From Crocinitomicaceae bacterium (GTDB lineage Bacteria > Bacteroidota > Bacteroidia > Flavobacteriales_D > Crocinitomicaceae), in assembly GCA_024643545.1 (NCBI GenBank), contig JAHEMR010000005.1, forward strand, positions 173,025 to 237,024: a stretch of 64,000 nucleotides of DNA, written 5' to 3'. The notes under the pieces are model-generated. The model did not search any database, was not told the DNA's origin, and worked only from the letters and a program-made list of their open reading frames with translations. Shown here piece after piece: positions 20,519 through 30,156 of this stretch; position 1 is the first letter of the stretch, and the number at the start of each line of letters is the position of its first letter. The position numbers and the translations under genes were made by a program.

Positions 20519-20962
20519 ATGAATTCTATTTTAACTCATGCGCATTCTGGCTTACGTTGGGTAGCCATTATTCTTTTATTACTTGCTATCGCAAATACAT
20601 TTACTGCGAAAACGTATGAAAAGAAACACAAAATGATCAACCTTTTTGCCATGATTACCCTGCATACTCAATTGCTCATAGGTTTAGCCCAATATTTTTT
20701 CACTTCGAAAAAAATCTTTTTTGGTGAAAATTGGATGACTGAAGCTAAAGGGATGTATCGATTTTTTGGAATGGAACATTTAATTGGAATGCTTGCTGCA
20801 ATCGTTGTAATTACAATTGGCAGGAAAATCGCAGAAAAACAAGAATCCGATTTAGCTAAACATAAGAAAATCAGATTGTATTTTATTATCGGATTCATTT
20901 TAATCTTGGCTTTTATTCCATGGCCATTTAGAGAAAATTTACATGTTACTTCATGGTTCTAA
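20519..20962 (+). CDS. 4-TM membrane protein with conserved histidines (sometimes annotated cytochrome b-like)
   Basis: 147 aa with THAHSGLRW, LHTQLLIG and GMEHLIG. It overlaps the next gene by 10 nt. Confidence 0.55.
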   Translation: MNSILTHAHSGLRWVAIILLLLAIANTFTAKTYEKKHKMINLFAMITLHTQLLIGLAQYFFTSKKIFFGENWMTEAKGMYRFFGMEHLIGMLAAIVVITIGRKIAEKQESDLAKHKKIRLYFIIGFILILAFIPWPFRENLHVTSWF

Positions 20963-21288
20963 ATCGTTTTTTCTTTTTTCTTTTTTTTGCGGGATTAAGC
21001 TCCTGTGGTTCTGGTTCATCACCTAAAAATAACGATGCTTTACCGATTGAAACGCCCGCTGAAAAAGGGGCCTCCTTGTATACCGTTAATTGTACAAGTT
21101 GTCATGGTGAAGACGGAAAAATGGGTGGGTCAGGAGCGAAAGACTTATCGAAATCACACTTAAGTGACACACAAATTAAAAAAATACTACAAAAGGGTAA
21201 AAATGCCATGCCACCGATGTCAGCGATTTTAGAGACTGAGGAAAACATGGATTTCGTTATCCAGCACATTAAAACCTTAAGAAAATAA
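20953..21288 (+). CDS. class I c-type cytochrome lipoprotein
   Basis: 111 aa with a lipobox LSSCGS, heme motif CTSCH, and distal Met region NAMPPM. Confidence 0.85.
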   Translation: MVLNRFFFFLFFAGLSSCGSGSSPKNNDALPIETPAEKGASLYTVNCTSCHGEDGKMGGSGAKDLSKSHLSDTQIKKILQKGKNAMPPMSAILETEENMDFVIQHIKTLRK

Positions 21289-22478
21289 TGCAAGAAGGCC
21301 ACGTAACAGTTGATGCAGTAGAGGAATCTTGTATTTTAGTGGGCGTAATCACATCAGAAATAGATGAGGTTATTGCCAATGAACATTTGGACGAATTGGA
21401 GTTTTTAGCTGAAACTGCAGGGGCAATTACACATACAAAATTCTTACAGAAGTTACCTTATCCAAATCCACGTACGTACGTTGGAACAGGTAAGCTAGAG
21501 GAAATCAAACAGTACATGAAAGCCATGGACATCGAGATGGTTATTTTCGATGATGAATTGTCACCTTCCCAATTGCGAAACATAGAACGAGAGCTGGAGT
21601 GTAAGGTGTTGGATAGAACGATTTTAATCTTAGATATCTTCGCTAGTCGTGCTCGTACTTTTCATGCTAAAACACAAGTTGAATTAGCGCAATTACAGTA
21701 TATGTTGCCGCGTTTGACAAGACTTTGGACTCACCTTGAGCGTCAGAAAGGTGGAATTGGATTACGTGGTCCGGGAGAATCTCAGATTGAAACAGACCGT
21801 CGAATCATTCAAATGCGTATTTCCTTAATGAAGGAAAGGTTAAAGGACATTGATAAACAAATGACTATTCAGCGAAGTAACCGAGGACAATTAGTTCGCG
21901 TTGCGCTAGTCGGTTATACAAACGTTGGGAAAAGTACCCTGATGAATTTACTTTCGAAATCGGATGTCTTTGCAGAAAATAAATTGTTTGCTACATTGGA
22001 CACAACCGTACGTAAAGTGGTGATTGATAATATGCCGATGCTTCTAACAGATACCGTTGGATTTATTCGAAAACTTCCCCAACAATTGATGGAGTCGTTT
22101 AAATCAACCTTAGATGAGGTTCGTGAAGCAGATTTACTCATACATGTTTTGGACATTTCTCATCCAAACTTCGAAGACCATTTCAATGTAGTCAATGAGA
22201 CACTAAATGAAATCGACAAAACAGAGAAACCAACAATCGTTGTGTTCAATAAAATTGATGCCTATCAGCCAATTCTGAATGAATTGAACGAAGAGGAAGA
22301 AGATATAAAATCCCTAGATTCTCTCAAAAAATCATGGATGGCAAAAATGAACAAGACTAAATGTGTGTTTATTTCTGCTCAAAACAAGGAGAACGTGGAA
22401 GAATTAAAGGAAGTACTTTACGAAGAGGTTAAAACTATCTTTCGTGTACGCTATCCCTACAACAATTTTCTGTATTAA
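21288..22478 (+). CDS. hflX: GTPase HflX
   Basis: 396 aa with the HflX N-domain (QVELAQLQYMLPRL, GPGESQIETDRR) and G motifs GYTNVGKST and DTVGF. Its start overlaps the cytochrome c stop (TAATG). Confidence 0.95.
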   Translation: MQEGHVTVDAVEESCILVGVITSEIDEVIANEHLDELEFLAETAGAITHTKFLQKLPYPNPRTYVGTGKLEEIKQYMKAMDIEMVIFDDELSPSQLRNIERELECKVLDRTILILDIFASRARTFHAKTQVELAQLQYMLPRLTRLWTHLERQKGGIGLRGPGESQIETDRRIIQMRISLMKERLKDIDKQMTIQRSNRGQLVRVALVGYTNVGKSTLMNLLSKSDVFAENKLFATLDTTVRKVVIDNMPMLLTDTVGFIRKLPQQLMESFKSTLDEVREADLLIHVLDISHPNFEDHFNVVNETLNEIDKTEKPTIVVFNKIDAYQPILNELNEEEEDIKSLDSLKKSWMAKMNKTKCVFISAQNKENVEELKEVLYEEVKTIFRVRYPYNNFLY

Positions 22479-24616
22479 TCGACCACCAATTCTAGGTCAA
22501 TCTGACGTTTTTTAGGATTTACCTTGGCGATTTTCACGCGTACCTTGTCTCCGAAATTATATGCTTTTCTATAGCGTGCACCCGTAATTTTAAAGTTGTC
22601 CTGATCGAAATAATAGCGGTCACCTGGAATTTCTGACATCGGTACCATTCCTTCGCACTGATTTTCATCCATGCGCACGAACATACCGTGTTCGGCAATT
22701 CCGGATATGGTTCCTTCAAAAACTTCTCCCAAGTGGTCCATCACGAACAAGGTTTGGAAATATTTCGTGGATTCTCTTTCGGCTTCGGAAGCCTTGCGTT
22801 CATTTTTGGAAATACGTGTACAAATCGTCTTTAACTCCCCGCCATATTTATGTTGCTTGCTAGTTAGTTCTTCCTGTAAAATTCGGTGAACAACTAAATC
22901 AGCATAACGTCGAATGGGTGAGGTAAAATGACTGTAATGTTTAAAAGCTAAGCCATAATGTCCAATGTTTTCAGTCTCGTATGAAGCTTTTGCCATAGAT
23001 CGAATCGCCATCGATTGAACAAGTGAAAACTCATTTTCTTCTCTGATTTCTTCGAATAGCGCATTTAAATTTTTTGCAATAGACTTTGTATCGTGTAAAT
23101 CTATTTTGTGTCCGAATTTCTCAATGAAAACGGAAAAAACATCCATTTTTCCGGGGTCTGGGGAGTCATGAACACGGTAAATCATCGGGAATGGGTCTCT
23201 GCCCTTTTCGGGTTTCGAAAGGAAAGTGGCTACCTTGCGGTTCGCAAGTAACATGAATTCTTCGATTAATTTGTGTGCGTCTTTTGATGTTTTAATCACT
23301 ACTTCAGACGGATGCCCAGTGTCATTTAAGCGAAAACGCATTTCTTCGGATTCAATGCTGAGGGCACCATCCTTTAATCGTTGTTTTCTTAGGATATGTG
23401 CTACCCCATTCAGTTTACGAATGACAACTTGGTGATCACCATCTTGTCCTTCAATGATTTCTTGTGCTTCTTCATAGGTGAAACGACGGTCTGAGTGAAT
23501 CACACCTTTCCCGTACCATTCTTTATATACCTTTCCTTTATCGTCCATTTCAAAAACAGCTGAAAAGGTATATTTATCTTCATGTGGACGCAAGGAACAA
23601 GCAATGTTCGATAATTGTTCAGGAAGCATGGGAATCACTCGGTCAACCAAATAAACGGAGTTAGAACGTAGTAAAGCTTCAGCATCCATTGCCATTCCTG
23701 GCCTCACATAATGACTAACATCTGCAATGTGAACACCTAATTCATAATGTCCATTTTCTAATTCTTCATAGGAGATGGCATCGTCAAAGTCACGTGCATC
23801 GAATGGATCAATAGTAAACGTGAGCACTTGTCTAAAGTCTCTACGTGTAGCAATTTCTTTATCATCTAATTCAACGGGTACTCGTTCCGCTTCATCTAAA
23901 ACGGCATCTGGAAAAATAGGATTAATTCCTTGGTTGTATAAGATAGATAACATTTCTGTGTCATTACTACCAGGCATTCCCAAAATAGCAACGACTTCCC
24001 CAAATGGTTTTTCTGCAGATTTTGGCCAAACAGTAATCTTTACAAGCGCTTTTTCTCCATCTCTCGCTCCGTTTAAATTTTCTTTAGGGACACGAATTTC
24101 TAGACCACTTCGGTTGTTATCTGGAATAAGCAACGCAGTTTTATCTCCGAACTGAATGGTACCAACAAACTGAACACGTTCACGTTCTTTAATTTCAACA
24201 ACGGCGCCTTCATCTCTGTTAGGCCCAGATTTAAATACACGCACTTTTACGGTGTCGCCATTTAATGCTTGTCCAATGTTTTGTGGCGCAATAAATACGT
24301 CTTTTTCTTTTCCTTCAACGACAACAAATCCCGCACCTCGTTGCGTCAATTGTATAACGCCTTCGACTAAGTTGGACCCACCATTCAAGCTGTAAGTAAA
24401 ATGATTGATTCGTTTGATCGCATTTTTACTGGCAAGAGCATTCAAACCTTCAAATACAACTTGACGGCTCATCGGATCGCGAGCTTCAACCATTGAACAT
24501 ATTTGCTGGTGAGTTAATTCAACACCTGGGTGTTTCTCGAACAAGCGAATGAGTATCGCATTGATCCCCGATTTTTTTTTACCGGGAGCTGGTTTGGAAT
24601 ACCGTTTTTTGGACAT
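22475..24616 (-). CDS. rnr: ribonuclease R
   Basis: 713 aa with an RNB catalytic core (DPFDARDFDDAIS) and a C-terminal S1 domain (EGTISGIAEHGMFVRM). Confidence 0.95.
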   Translation of the reverse strand: MSKKRYSKPAPGKKKSGINAILIRLFEKHPGVELTHQQICSMVEARDPMSRQVVFEGLNALASKNAIKRINHFTYSLNGGSNLVEGVIQLTQRGAGFVVVEGKEKDVFIAPQNIGQALNGDTVKVRVFKSGPNRDEGAVVEIKERERVQFVGTIQFGDKTALLIPDNNRSGLEIRVPKENLNGARDGEKALVKITVWPKSAEKPFGEVVAILGMPGSNDTEMLSILYNQGINPIFPDAVLDEAERVPVELDDKEIATRRDFRQVLTFTIDPFDARDFDDAISYEELENGHYELGVHIADVSHYVRPGMAMDAEALLRSNSVYLVDRVIPMLPEQLSNIACSLRPHEDKYTFSAVFEMDDKGKVYKEWYGKGVIHSDRRFTYEEAQEIIEGQDGDHQVVIRKLNGVAHILRKQRLKDGALSIESEEMRFRLNDTGHPSEVVIKTSKDAHKLIEEFMLLANRKVATFLSKPEKGRDPFPMIYRVHDSPDPGKMDVFSVFIEKFGHKIDLHDTKSIAKNLNALFEEIREENEFSLVQSMAIRSMAKASYETENIGHYGLAFKHYSHFTSPIRRYADLVVHRILQEELTSKQHKYGGELKTICTRISKNERKASEAERESTKYFQTLFVMDHLGEVFEGTISGIAEHGMFVRMDENQCEGMVPMSEIPGDRYYFDQDNFKITGARYRKAYNFGDKVRVKIAKVNPKKRQIDLELVVD

Positions 24617-24675
24617 AGCACGAAGTTAGACAAATATCTTGTCCTAGGCATTTTAATAAAGTCGAAAGAAAAGAA

Positions 24676-25428
24676 TTAGTGACGAACGACTAATTTTTTC
24701 GTGATGGTTTTTCCGCTGGTAGTGTCAAACACTAAAAAATAAATGCCATTGCTTAAATCGCTTACATTCAATTTTTTGCTGCCATGAATTGTTTCTTTCA
24801 TGATGACATTCCCTACGGCATCCATCATTTTTAAGTTGGTTTGGTCCATTCCAGCCAATTGAATACTAACCGATTCAGAACTTGGATTCGGGTAGATTGT
24901 AACGCCTGCATCTTCTTTGATTGGCTTAACGGCCGCTAAATAATCGACGACAACATCAATTGAATCGTTAAAATTAATGCCATTTGCAGAAATATAATAC
25001 CTGTAGTGAGCGGTTCCATAAACACCATCAGCTGGATCAACAGAAGCTTTTAACTTACCATATTCCCCGTCGTTTAAAGTGAATAAAACAGCTTGTGAAC
25101 CTGGTGTAGTCCAAGGGTTGGTGTTCATTTGTGCGGAAGAATAACATGTTCCTCCAAAAGGATCTGTTGCATGCCCCCAACACAATGCATCAGTCCAACC
25201 TGCTGGAGCATCTATGCGTAAACGAGTAACTCTCCAATCTCTTGGGGCACCTGTGTGATTTTCTACATCAAGTGGAATGTCAAAAGATGCGTTTGATGGA
25301 GCCACAACATTGTAGGTAGCACCTGACAAGTCTGTAGTTTGTCCGTCAACATGGATAACAATTCCGTTTTGTGAGAATGTGACAACACTAAAAGAAAGTG
25401 TCAAAATGAGAAATAAGGACTTCATCAT
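24676..25428 (-). CDS. T9SS type-A C-terminal sorting domain protein (unknown passenger)
   Basis: 250 aa with a signal peptide and the C-terminal IYPNPSSESVSIQL...LSNGIYFLVF...KLVVRH. Confidence 0.8.
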   Translation of the reverse strand: MMKSLFLILTLSFSVVTFSQNGIVIHVDGQTTDLSGATYNVVAPSNASFDIPLDVENHTGAPRDWRVTRLRIDAPAGWTDALCWGHATDPFGGTCYSSAQMNTNPWTTPGSQAVLFTLNDGEYGKLKASVDPADGVYGTAHYRYYISANGINFNDSIDVVVDYLAAVKPIKEDAGVTIYPNPSSESVSIQLAGMDQTNLKMMDAVGNVIMKETIHGSKKLNVSDLSNGIYFLVFDTTSGKTITKKLVVRH

Positions 25429-25445
25429 AGGAGTTTCAATTTTAT

Positions 25446-25453
25446 CAAAAATA
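25446..25453 (-). promoter_or_regulatory. candidate -7 box (TAttTTTG) for the 24676-25428 gene
   Basis: The minus strand reads TATTTTTG, 17 nt upstream of the ATG. Confidence 0.4.
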
Positions 25454-25510
25454 ACAAATTATTCCTTAGTTTCAAAATCTCACAAAGTTTTTCAGGTCTT
25501 GGTTTTTTTA

Positions 25511-25518
25511 TACCTTTG
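25511..25518 (+). promoter_or_regulatory. candidate -7 box (TAccTTTG) for the tlpA / beta-barrel / lipoprotein (and possibly rpoN) transcript
   Basis: TACCTTTG lies 44 nt upstream of the ATG at 25563. Confidence 0.4.
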
Positions 25519-25562
25519 AGTTCGGCAAGGTTTTTGAAAGACCGAGCAAAATAACGAAAGCT

Positions 25563-26078
25563 ATGAAATCTATTCTTACCCTTACTTTTACCATTCTAAC
25601 TGCGTTAAACGCTTTTACACAAGACGCGAACAGTGCAGAGAGTCACTTGAAAAAATTGCCTTCTGTTAACTTGAAGGACATCAATGGAAAATCAATGAAC
25701 ACTTCGGCTCTCGGAGTAGATGGCCCTATTATCATTAGTTTTTGGGCAACCTGGTGTGCGCCATGCAAAAAAGAATTGAATACCATTCATGAGCTCTACG
25801 AAGATTGGCAAGCAGAAACGGGAGTTACACTTGTTGCCGTTTCAATTGACGATGAAAAAACAAAAAGCCAAGTTCCTGTTTACGTAAACGGAAAAGCATG
25901 GGATTACATGGTATTAATGGATCCAAATGGAGATTTTAAACGAGCAATGGGTGTGAACAATGTGCCACATACTTTTTTAATTGACAAAGACGGAAACATT
26001 GTCTATTCACACAACAATTATGCTCCGGGAGATGAAGAGAAATTATACAAAGAACTTCTTCACCTAAGCGGAAAATAA
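25563..26078 (+). CDS. periplasmic TlpA-family thiol:disulfide oxidoreductase
   Basis: 171 aa with a signal peptide and the WATWCAPC active site. Confidence 0.9.
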   Translation: MKSILTLTFTILTALNAFTQDANSAESHLKKLPSVNLKDINGKSMNTSALGVDGPIIISFWATWCAPCKKELNTIHELYEDWQAETGVTLVAVSIDDEKTKSQVPVYVNGKAWDYMVLMDPNGDFKRAMGVNNVPHTFLIDKDGNIVYSHNNYAPGDEEKLYKELLHLSGK

Positions 26079-26083
26079 ACCGA

Positions 26084-27748
26084 ATGAAAAGATTTTTACA
26101 CGTCTCTATTGGGACTTTCATCAGTTTTTTAAGTTTTTCACAGGGTTCGCTAACTGGTAATATTGAAAGTACGTTTCAATATTTAAATGCTGATTCCATC
26201 ATAGATGCTAAACAACCGGCTCAAAAAGGCTTGTTGAATAGTTACATGAATGTCTTCTATACGCAGGGAAACTTCAAAGCAGGTATGCGCATGGAATCGT
26301 ATCTTCCAAGAATTCAGGGCTACCCAAACCGATTCGATGGTACCGGAATTGGAATGCGTTATGTGGGTTATTCTAACGGATTTGTCGACGTCACATTAGG
26401 TTCTTTTTATGAGCAATTTGGCTCTGGATTATCTTTTCGAGCATACGAAGATCGTTCACTGGGTTATGACAACATGATGGATGGCGCGCGCATCATTGTG
26501 CGTCCAACAACAGGGCTTGTGCTTAAAGGAGTCTATGGGACACAACGTTTGTCTTTTCAAGGAGGCAGTATTATTCACGGTGCTGGTATCGTCCGCGGTA
26601 TAGATGGTGAATTTCACTTAAACGAAGGCATCAAGAAAATGAAAGAATTTCCATTGGATGTTGTGTTAGGTGCTTCCTTTGTGAGTAAATACCAAGAGGA
26701 CAATAATCCAGATTTAATCTTGCCTCAAAACGTTGGAACATATGGTGGAAGGGTGAAATTACGATATAAGAAATTTTATGGGGACATCGAATATGTACAA
26801 AAAGAACAGGATCCTTCCAATGACAATAATTATATCTATAATTTTGGACATGCGTCCGTATTTAATTTGAGTTATACGCAAAAAGGGTTAGGTATTTTGG
26901 TGTCGGGGAAATCTGTTGACAACATGAGTTACCGTTCTGATCGCACGAAGGACTTGCAAGATGTTTTTATCAATTACTTGCCTTCATTAAATAAAACACA
27001 CACATACAACTTGGTGGCAACTTTGTATCCATATGCTACTCAACCAATGGGGGAAGTAGCCTATCAAACAGATGTATTGTATACCTTTAAAAAAGGATCG
27101 AAGTTGGGGGGGAAATACGGCACCACAATCGGTGGAAATTTCTCGACGACTTACCGACCAATAAGAAGTACCGTTGGTATCAATCCATTAGATTCAACAG
27201 GTGTAACTTATGCATGTCGACCTTTTCACGCAAGTGACAGTATGTATTGGCAGGACATCAACTTCAACATGACTAAAAAAATCAACAAGAAATTTAGTAC
27301 GATTTTGAGTTTTTATTCCATCAAAATCAACAATGATGTCGTAAAAATTTCCAATGATGCACATGGGATTATCCATGCAAACATAGGTGTGGGCGAATTC
27401 TCTTATAAGTTTAACACCAAACACTCGCTTCGTACGGAAATTCAAGGATTGTTTGTTCAAAAGGAAAACGGCTTGATTAAAGATAAAGGAAATTGGGCGA
27501 CTTTGTTGTTGGAATATTCCATTTCTCCGGGATGGTTTTTTAGTTTTATGAATCAATACAACTATGGAAATCCGGATGTGAATAAGCGTGTGAATTATCC
27601 AATATTAACATGTGGTTATGTGCGTGATGCCACGCGATTTACAGTATCATATGGACGTCAACGCGCTGGATTGTTTTGCGTAGGAGGTGTATGTCGCTTC
27701 GTTCCCGCATCGAATGGTTTAACACTTAGCTTTACTCAAAGTTTTTAG
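26084..27748 (+). CDS. outer-membrane beta-barrel protein (DUF6029-like, named from memory)
   Basis: 554 aa with a signal peptide, alternating beta-strand pattern and a C-terminal ...LTLSFTQSF (terminal Phe). It has the Cys pair CVGGVCRFVPASNG. It starts 5 nt after tlpA. Confidence 0.7.
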   Translation: MKRFLHVSIGTFISFLSFSQGSLTGNIESTFQYLNADSIIDAKQPAQKGLLNSYMNVFYTQGNFKAGMRMESYLPRIQGYPNRFDGTGIGMRYVGYSNGFVDVTLGSFYEQFGSGLSFRAYEDRSLGYDNMMDGARIIVRPTTGLVLKGVYGTQRLSFQGGSIIHGAGIVRGIDGEFHLNEGIKKMKEFPLDVVLGASFVSKYQEDNNPDLILPQNVGTYGGRVKLRYKKFYGDIEYVQKEQDPSNDNNYIYNFGHASVFNLSYTQKGLGILVSGKSVDNMSYRSDRTKDLQDVFINYLPSLNKTHTYNLVATLYPYATQPMGEVAYQTDVLYTFKKGSKLGGKYGTTIGGNFSTTYRPIRSTVGINPLDSTGVTYACRPFHASDSMYWQDINFNMTKKINKKFSTILSFYSIKINNDVVKISNDAHGIIHANIGVGEFSYKFNTKHSLRTEIQGLFVQKENGLIKDKGNWATLLLEYSISPGWFFSFMNQYNYGNPDVNKRVNYPILTCGYVRDATRFTVSYGRQRAGLFCVGGVCRFVPASNGLTLSFTQSF

Positions 27749-27749
27749 T

Positions 27750-28691
27750 ATGAAAAAGTTCATCTTTTTGTTTTTGGTTGGTTGGTCGTTGATGACGTAT
27801 ACTTCGTGTGATCATGTGACCAATCCGTTTCCTCCTCAAGCACCTTTGGATTTAGATTCAACGCTGTATCCTGGAAATTGGGCGGATTACGTAGCCAATG
27901 AATGGCCAACATTTTCAACAAATACAAATGTTGATCGAAATATTCTTATTGAAGATTACACAGGACACAAATGTATTTTTTGTCCGGCAGCTGCAGATTT
28001 AGCGCACCAAATGGAAACCGCTCATGAAGGCAGAATCTTTGTTTCTTCTATGCATGTTGGTCCTTTAGGAATAGGGGACTTTCAAACAGTAAGCCCACCT
28101 GAATACCCAGTAGATTTTACCAATCCACAATGTGTGGAAATCGGCACGTATTTCGGTGCTCATGATGGGGGATTTAGTGGGAATCCGCGCGGAACAATTA
28201 ACCGTTTTACCTTTGGAGGAAATATTTTTCAAAGTCCAAATGCTTGGACAAGCATGGTGAATACCATGTTAGCTGAAAACACCTTGAAAGTAAATATGCA
28301 ATCGGCATTAAACTACTATCCGCAAACACATGGCGCATTTTTGCATGTTGAAGTAGAAAAGTTGGATGCAAACTTGACAAACGAGTTAGGAATTGTTGCG
28401 TATGTCCTTGAAGATTCGTTGGTTGGCGATCAAAAGATGAGTGATAATTCCCACAATACAAGTTATATTCATAGAGATATTCACCGTGGTAACCTAAACG
28501 GACAATCCTTTGGAAGAGTCTTATCACCTGCTGATATTCAAAATGGCAAATACTATGTGAACTATAGTTTTGTTGTACCAAACCAATTAGACAATACATA
28601 CAATGCAGAAAATATGCATGTATTAATTTATGTGTACGATCGCACAACTTGGGAGATATACCAAGTGATTCGTCAGAATATCATTCCTTAA
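27750..28691 (+). CDS. lipoprotein with a thioredoxin-like CxxC motif (Omp28-related, named from memory)
   Basis: 313 aa with a lipobox MTYTSCDH and the motif EDYTGHKCIFCP. It starts 1 nt after the barrel gene. Confidence 0.65.
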   Translation: MKKFIFLFLVGWSLMTYTSCDHVTNPFPPQAPLDLDSTLYPGNWADYVANEWPTFSTNTNVDRNILIEDYTGHKCIFCPAAADLAHQMETAHEGRIFVSSMHVGPLGIGDFQTVSPPEYPVDFTNPQCVEIGTYFGAHDGGFSGNPRGTINRFTFGGNIFQSPNAWTSMVNTMLAENTLKVNMQSALNYYPQTHGAFLHVEVEKLDANLTNELGIVAYVLEDSLVGDQKMSDNSHNTSYIHRDIHRGNLNGQSFGRVLSPADIQNGKYYVNYSFVVPNQLDNTYNAENMHVLIYVYDRTTWEIYQVIRQNIIP

Positions 28692-28712
28692 TTAGAAATT
28701 TTCGACATTCCG

Positions 28713-30155
28713 ATGGCGCTAAGACAACACCTCGCACAAAAACTTGAACAGCGGCTTTCACCTCAACAAATTCAGTTGATGAAATTGCTTCAAGTGCCAA
28801 CGATGGAATTAGATCAGCGCATTAAGCAAGAATTGGAAGAAAATCCAGCATTGGAGGAAGGAGCGGATGATTTTGAAGACGAGTTTGAACAGGAGGAAGA
28901 ATTTGATGATGCAGCTGGCGAAGAGGAATTTGACCTATCTGACTATTTAGATGATGATTCTGCTGACTATAAAACACAAGTAAACAATCATTCCAAGGAT
29001 GATGAGGAGCGCGTGATACCATTATCAGGGGAACAGTCTTTCCAAGAAAAACTTACTGAACAACTGCATTTATTGTATTTGGAAGATGAACAATTCACAA
29101 TTGCTGATGTCATAATCGGCAACCTTGATGAATCAGGCTACCTGAACAGAAGCATTGATGCGATTGTCGATGATTTGGCTTTTTCTATGAACGTAGATGT
29201 AACTGAACAGTCTGTATTGGATATTTTACAGTTGGTACAGGAGTTGGATCCAGCGGGTGTGGGGGCAAGAAATTTACAAGAATGTCTTTTGATTCAAATC
29301 AAACGAAAACAGGATGGAGACATTTCGCGGTATACAGCGAAAAAAATCCTGGAGAATCATTTCGAAGAATTCACTAAAAAACATTACGATAAAATTGCCA
29401 AAAAGCTCGAAATAGACGACCATGATTTAAAGGATGCCATTGATGAGATTTTAAAGTTAAATCCAAAACCTGGTGGTTCTATGCGCGAATCTGCTAAAAA
29501 TTACCAGCAAATTATTCCAGACTTTACACTTTTTGAAAGTGAAGGGCGTTTGGAACTTGGATTAAATGGTAGAAATGCTCCGGAATTAAAAGTCAGTCGA
29601 GAATATGAAACAATGCTTCGTTCCTATGCGGAGGGAGCAAAGTCGTCGAAATCGGATAAAGACGCCCTCACTTTCGTTCGTCAAAAGTTGGATGGTGCTA
29701 AATGGTTCATTGATGCAATTAAACAACGTCAACAGACCCTATTGTTGACAATGGGCGCAATTATGGATTACCAAGAAGCCTATTTTTTGAGTGGTGATGA
29801 AACCAAACTTCGTCCAATGATTCTGAAAGACATTGCCGATGTTATTGGCTTGGATATTTCCACGATTTCTAGGGTTGCAAATTCGAAATTTGTTCAAACA
29901 AATTATGGGATATTCCCTTTAAAGTATTTTTTCTCCGAATCATTATCGACTGATAGTGGAGAGGAGGTATCCACGCGAGAGGTGAAAAAGATTTTGTCAG
30001 ATGCCATTGAAGCGGAGGATAAGCACAATCCTTTAACTGATGAAAAGTTAATGGACTTATTGAATGAAAAAGGATACAATATTGCGCGAAGAACAGTCGC
30101 GAAATACCGAGAGCAATTGAATATTCCAGTTGCAAGAATGCGAAAAGAACTATAA
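28713..30155 (+). CDS. rpoN: RNA polymerase sigma-54 factor
   Basis: 480 aa with a Gln/Leu-rich region I, an acidic region II, and the C-terminal RpoN box ARRTVAKYRE. Confidence 0.97.
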   Translation: MALRQHLAQKLEQRLSPQQIQLMKLLQVPTMELDQRIKQELEENPALEEGADDFEDEFEQEEEFDDAAGEEEFDLSDYLDDDSADYKTQVNNHSKDDEERVIPLSGEQSFQEKLTEQLHLLYLEDEQFTIADVIIGNLDESGYLNRSIDAIVDDLAFSMNVDVTEQSVLDILQLVQELDPAGVGARNLQECLLIQIKRKQDGDISRYTAKKILENHFEEFTKKHYDKIAKKLEIDDHDLKDAIDEILKLNPKPGGSMRESAKNYQQIIPDFTLFESEGRLELGLNGRNAPELKVSREYETMLRSYAEGAKSSKSDKDALTFVRQKLDGAKWFIDAIKQRQQTLLLTMGAIMDYQEAYFLSGDETKLRPMILKDIADVIGLDISTISRVANSKFVQTNYGIFPLKYFFSESLSTDSGEEVSTREVKKILSDAIEAEDKHNPLTDEKLMDLLNEKGYNIARRTVAKYREQLNIPVARMRKEL

Positions 30156-30156
30156 C

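Noticed and set aside
23775-24155. Long antisense or shadow ORFs inside genes (also 3797-4159, 28207-28647, 50814-51320, 62395-62787 and many shorter ones)
   Set aside because: Each lies fully within or across a well-supported gene on the other strand or frame, and their translations are low-complexity with no motifs.
24572-24580. T9 homopolymer near the rnr 5' end, and T9 at 46077-46085 at the udk 5' end, as possible phase-variation tracts
   Set aside because: Both simply encode Lys-Lys-Lys in basic N-termini of housekeeping genes. Nothing else suggests a contingency locus.
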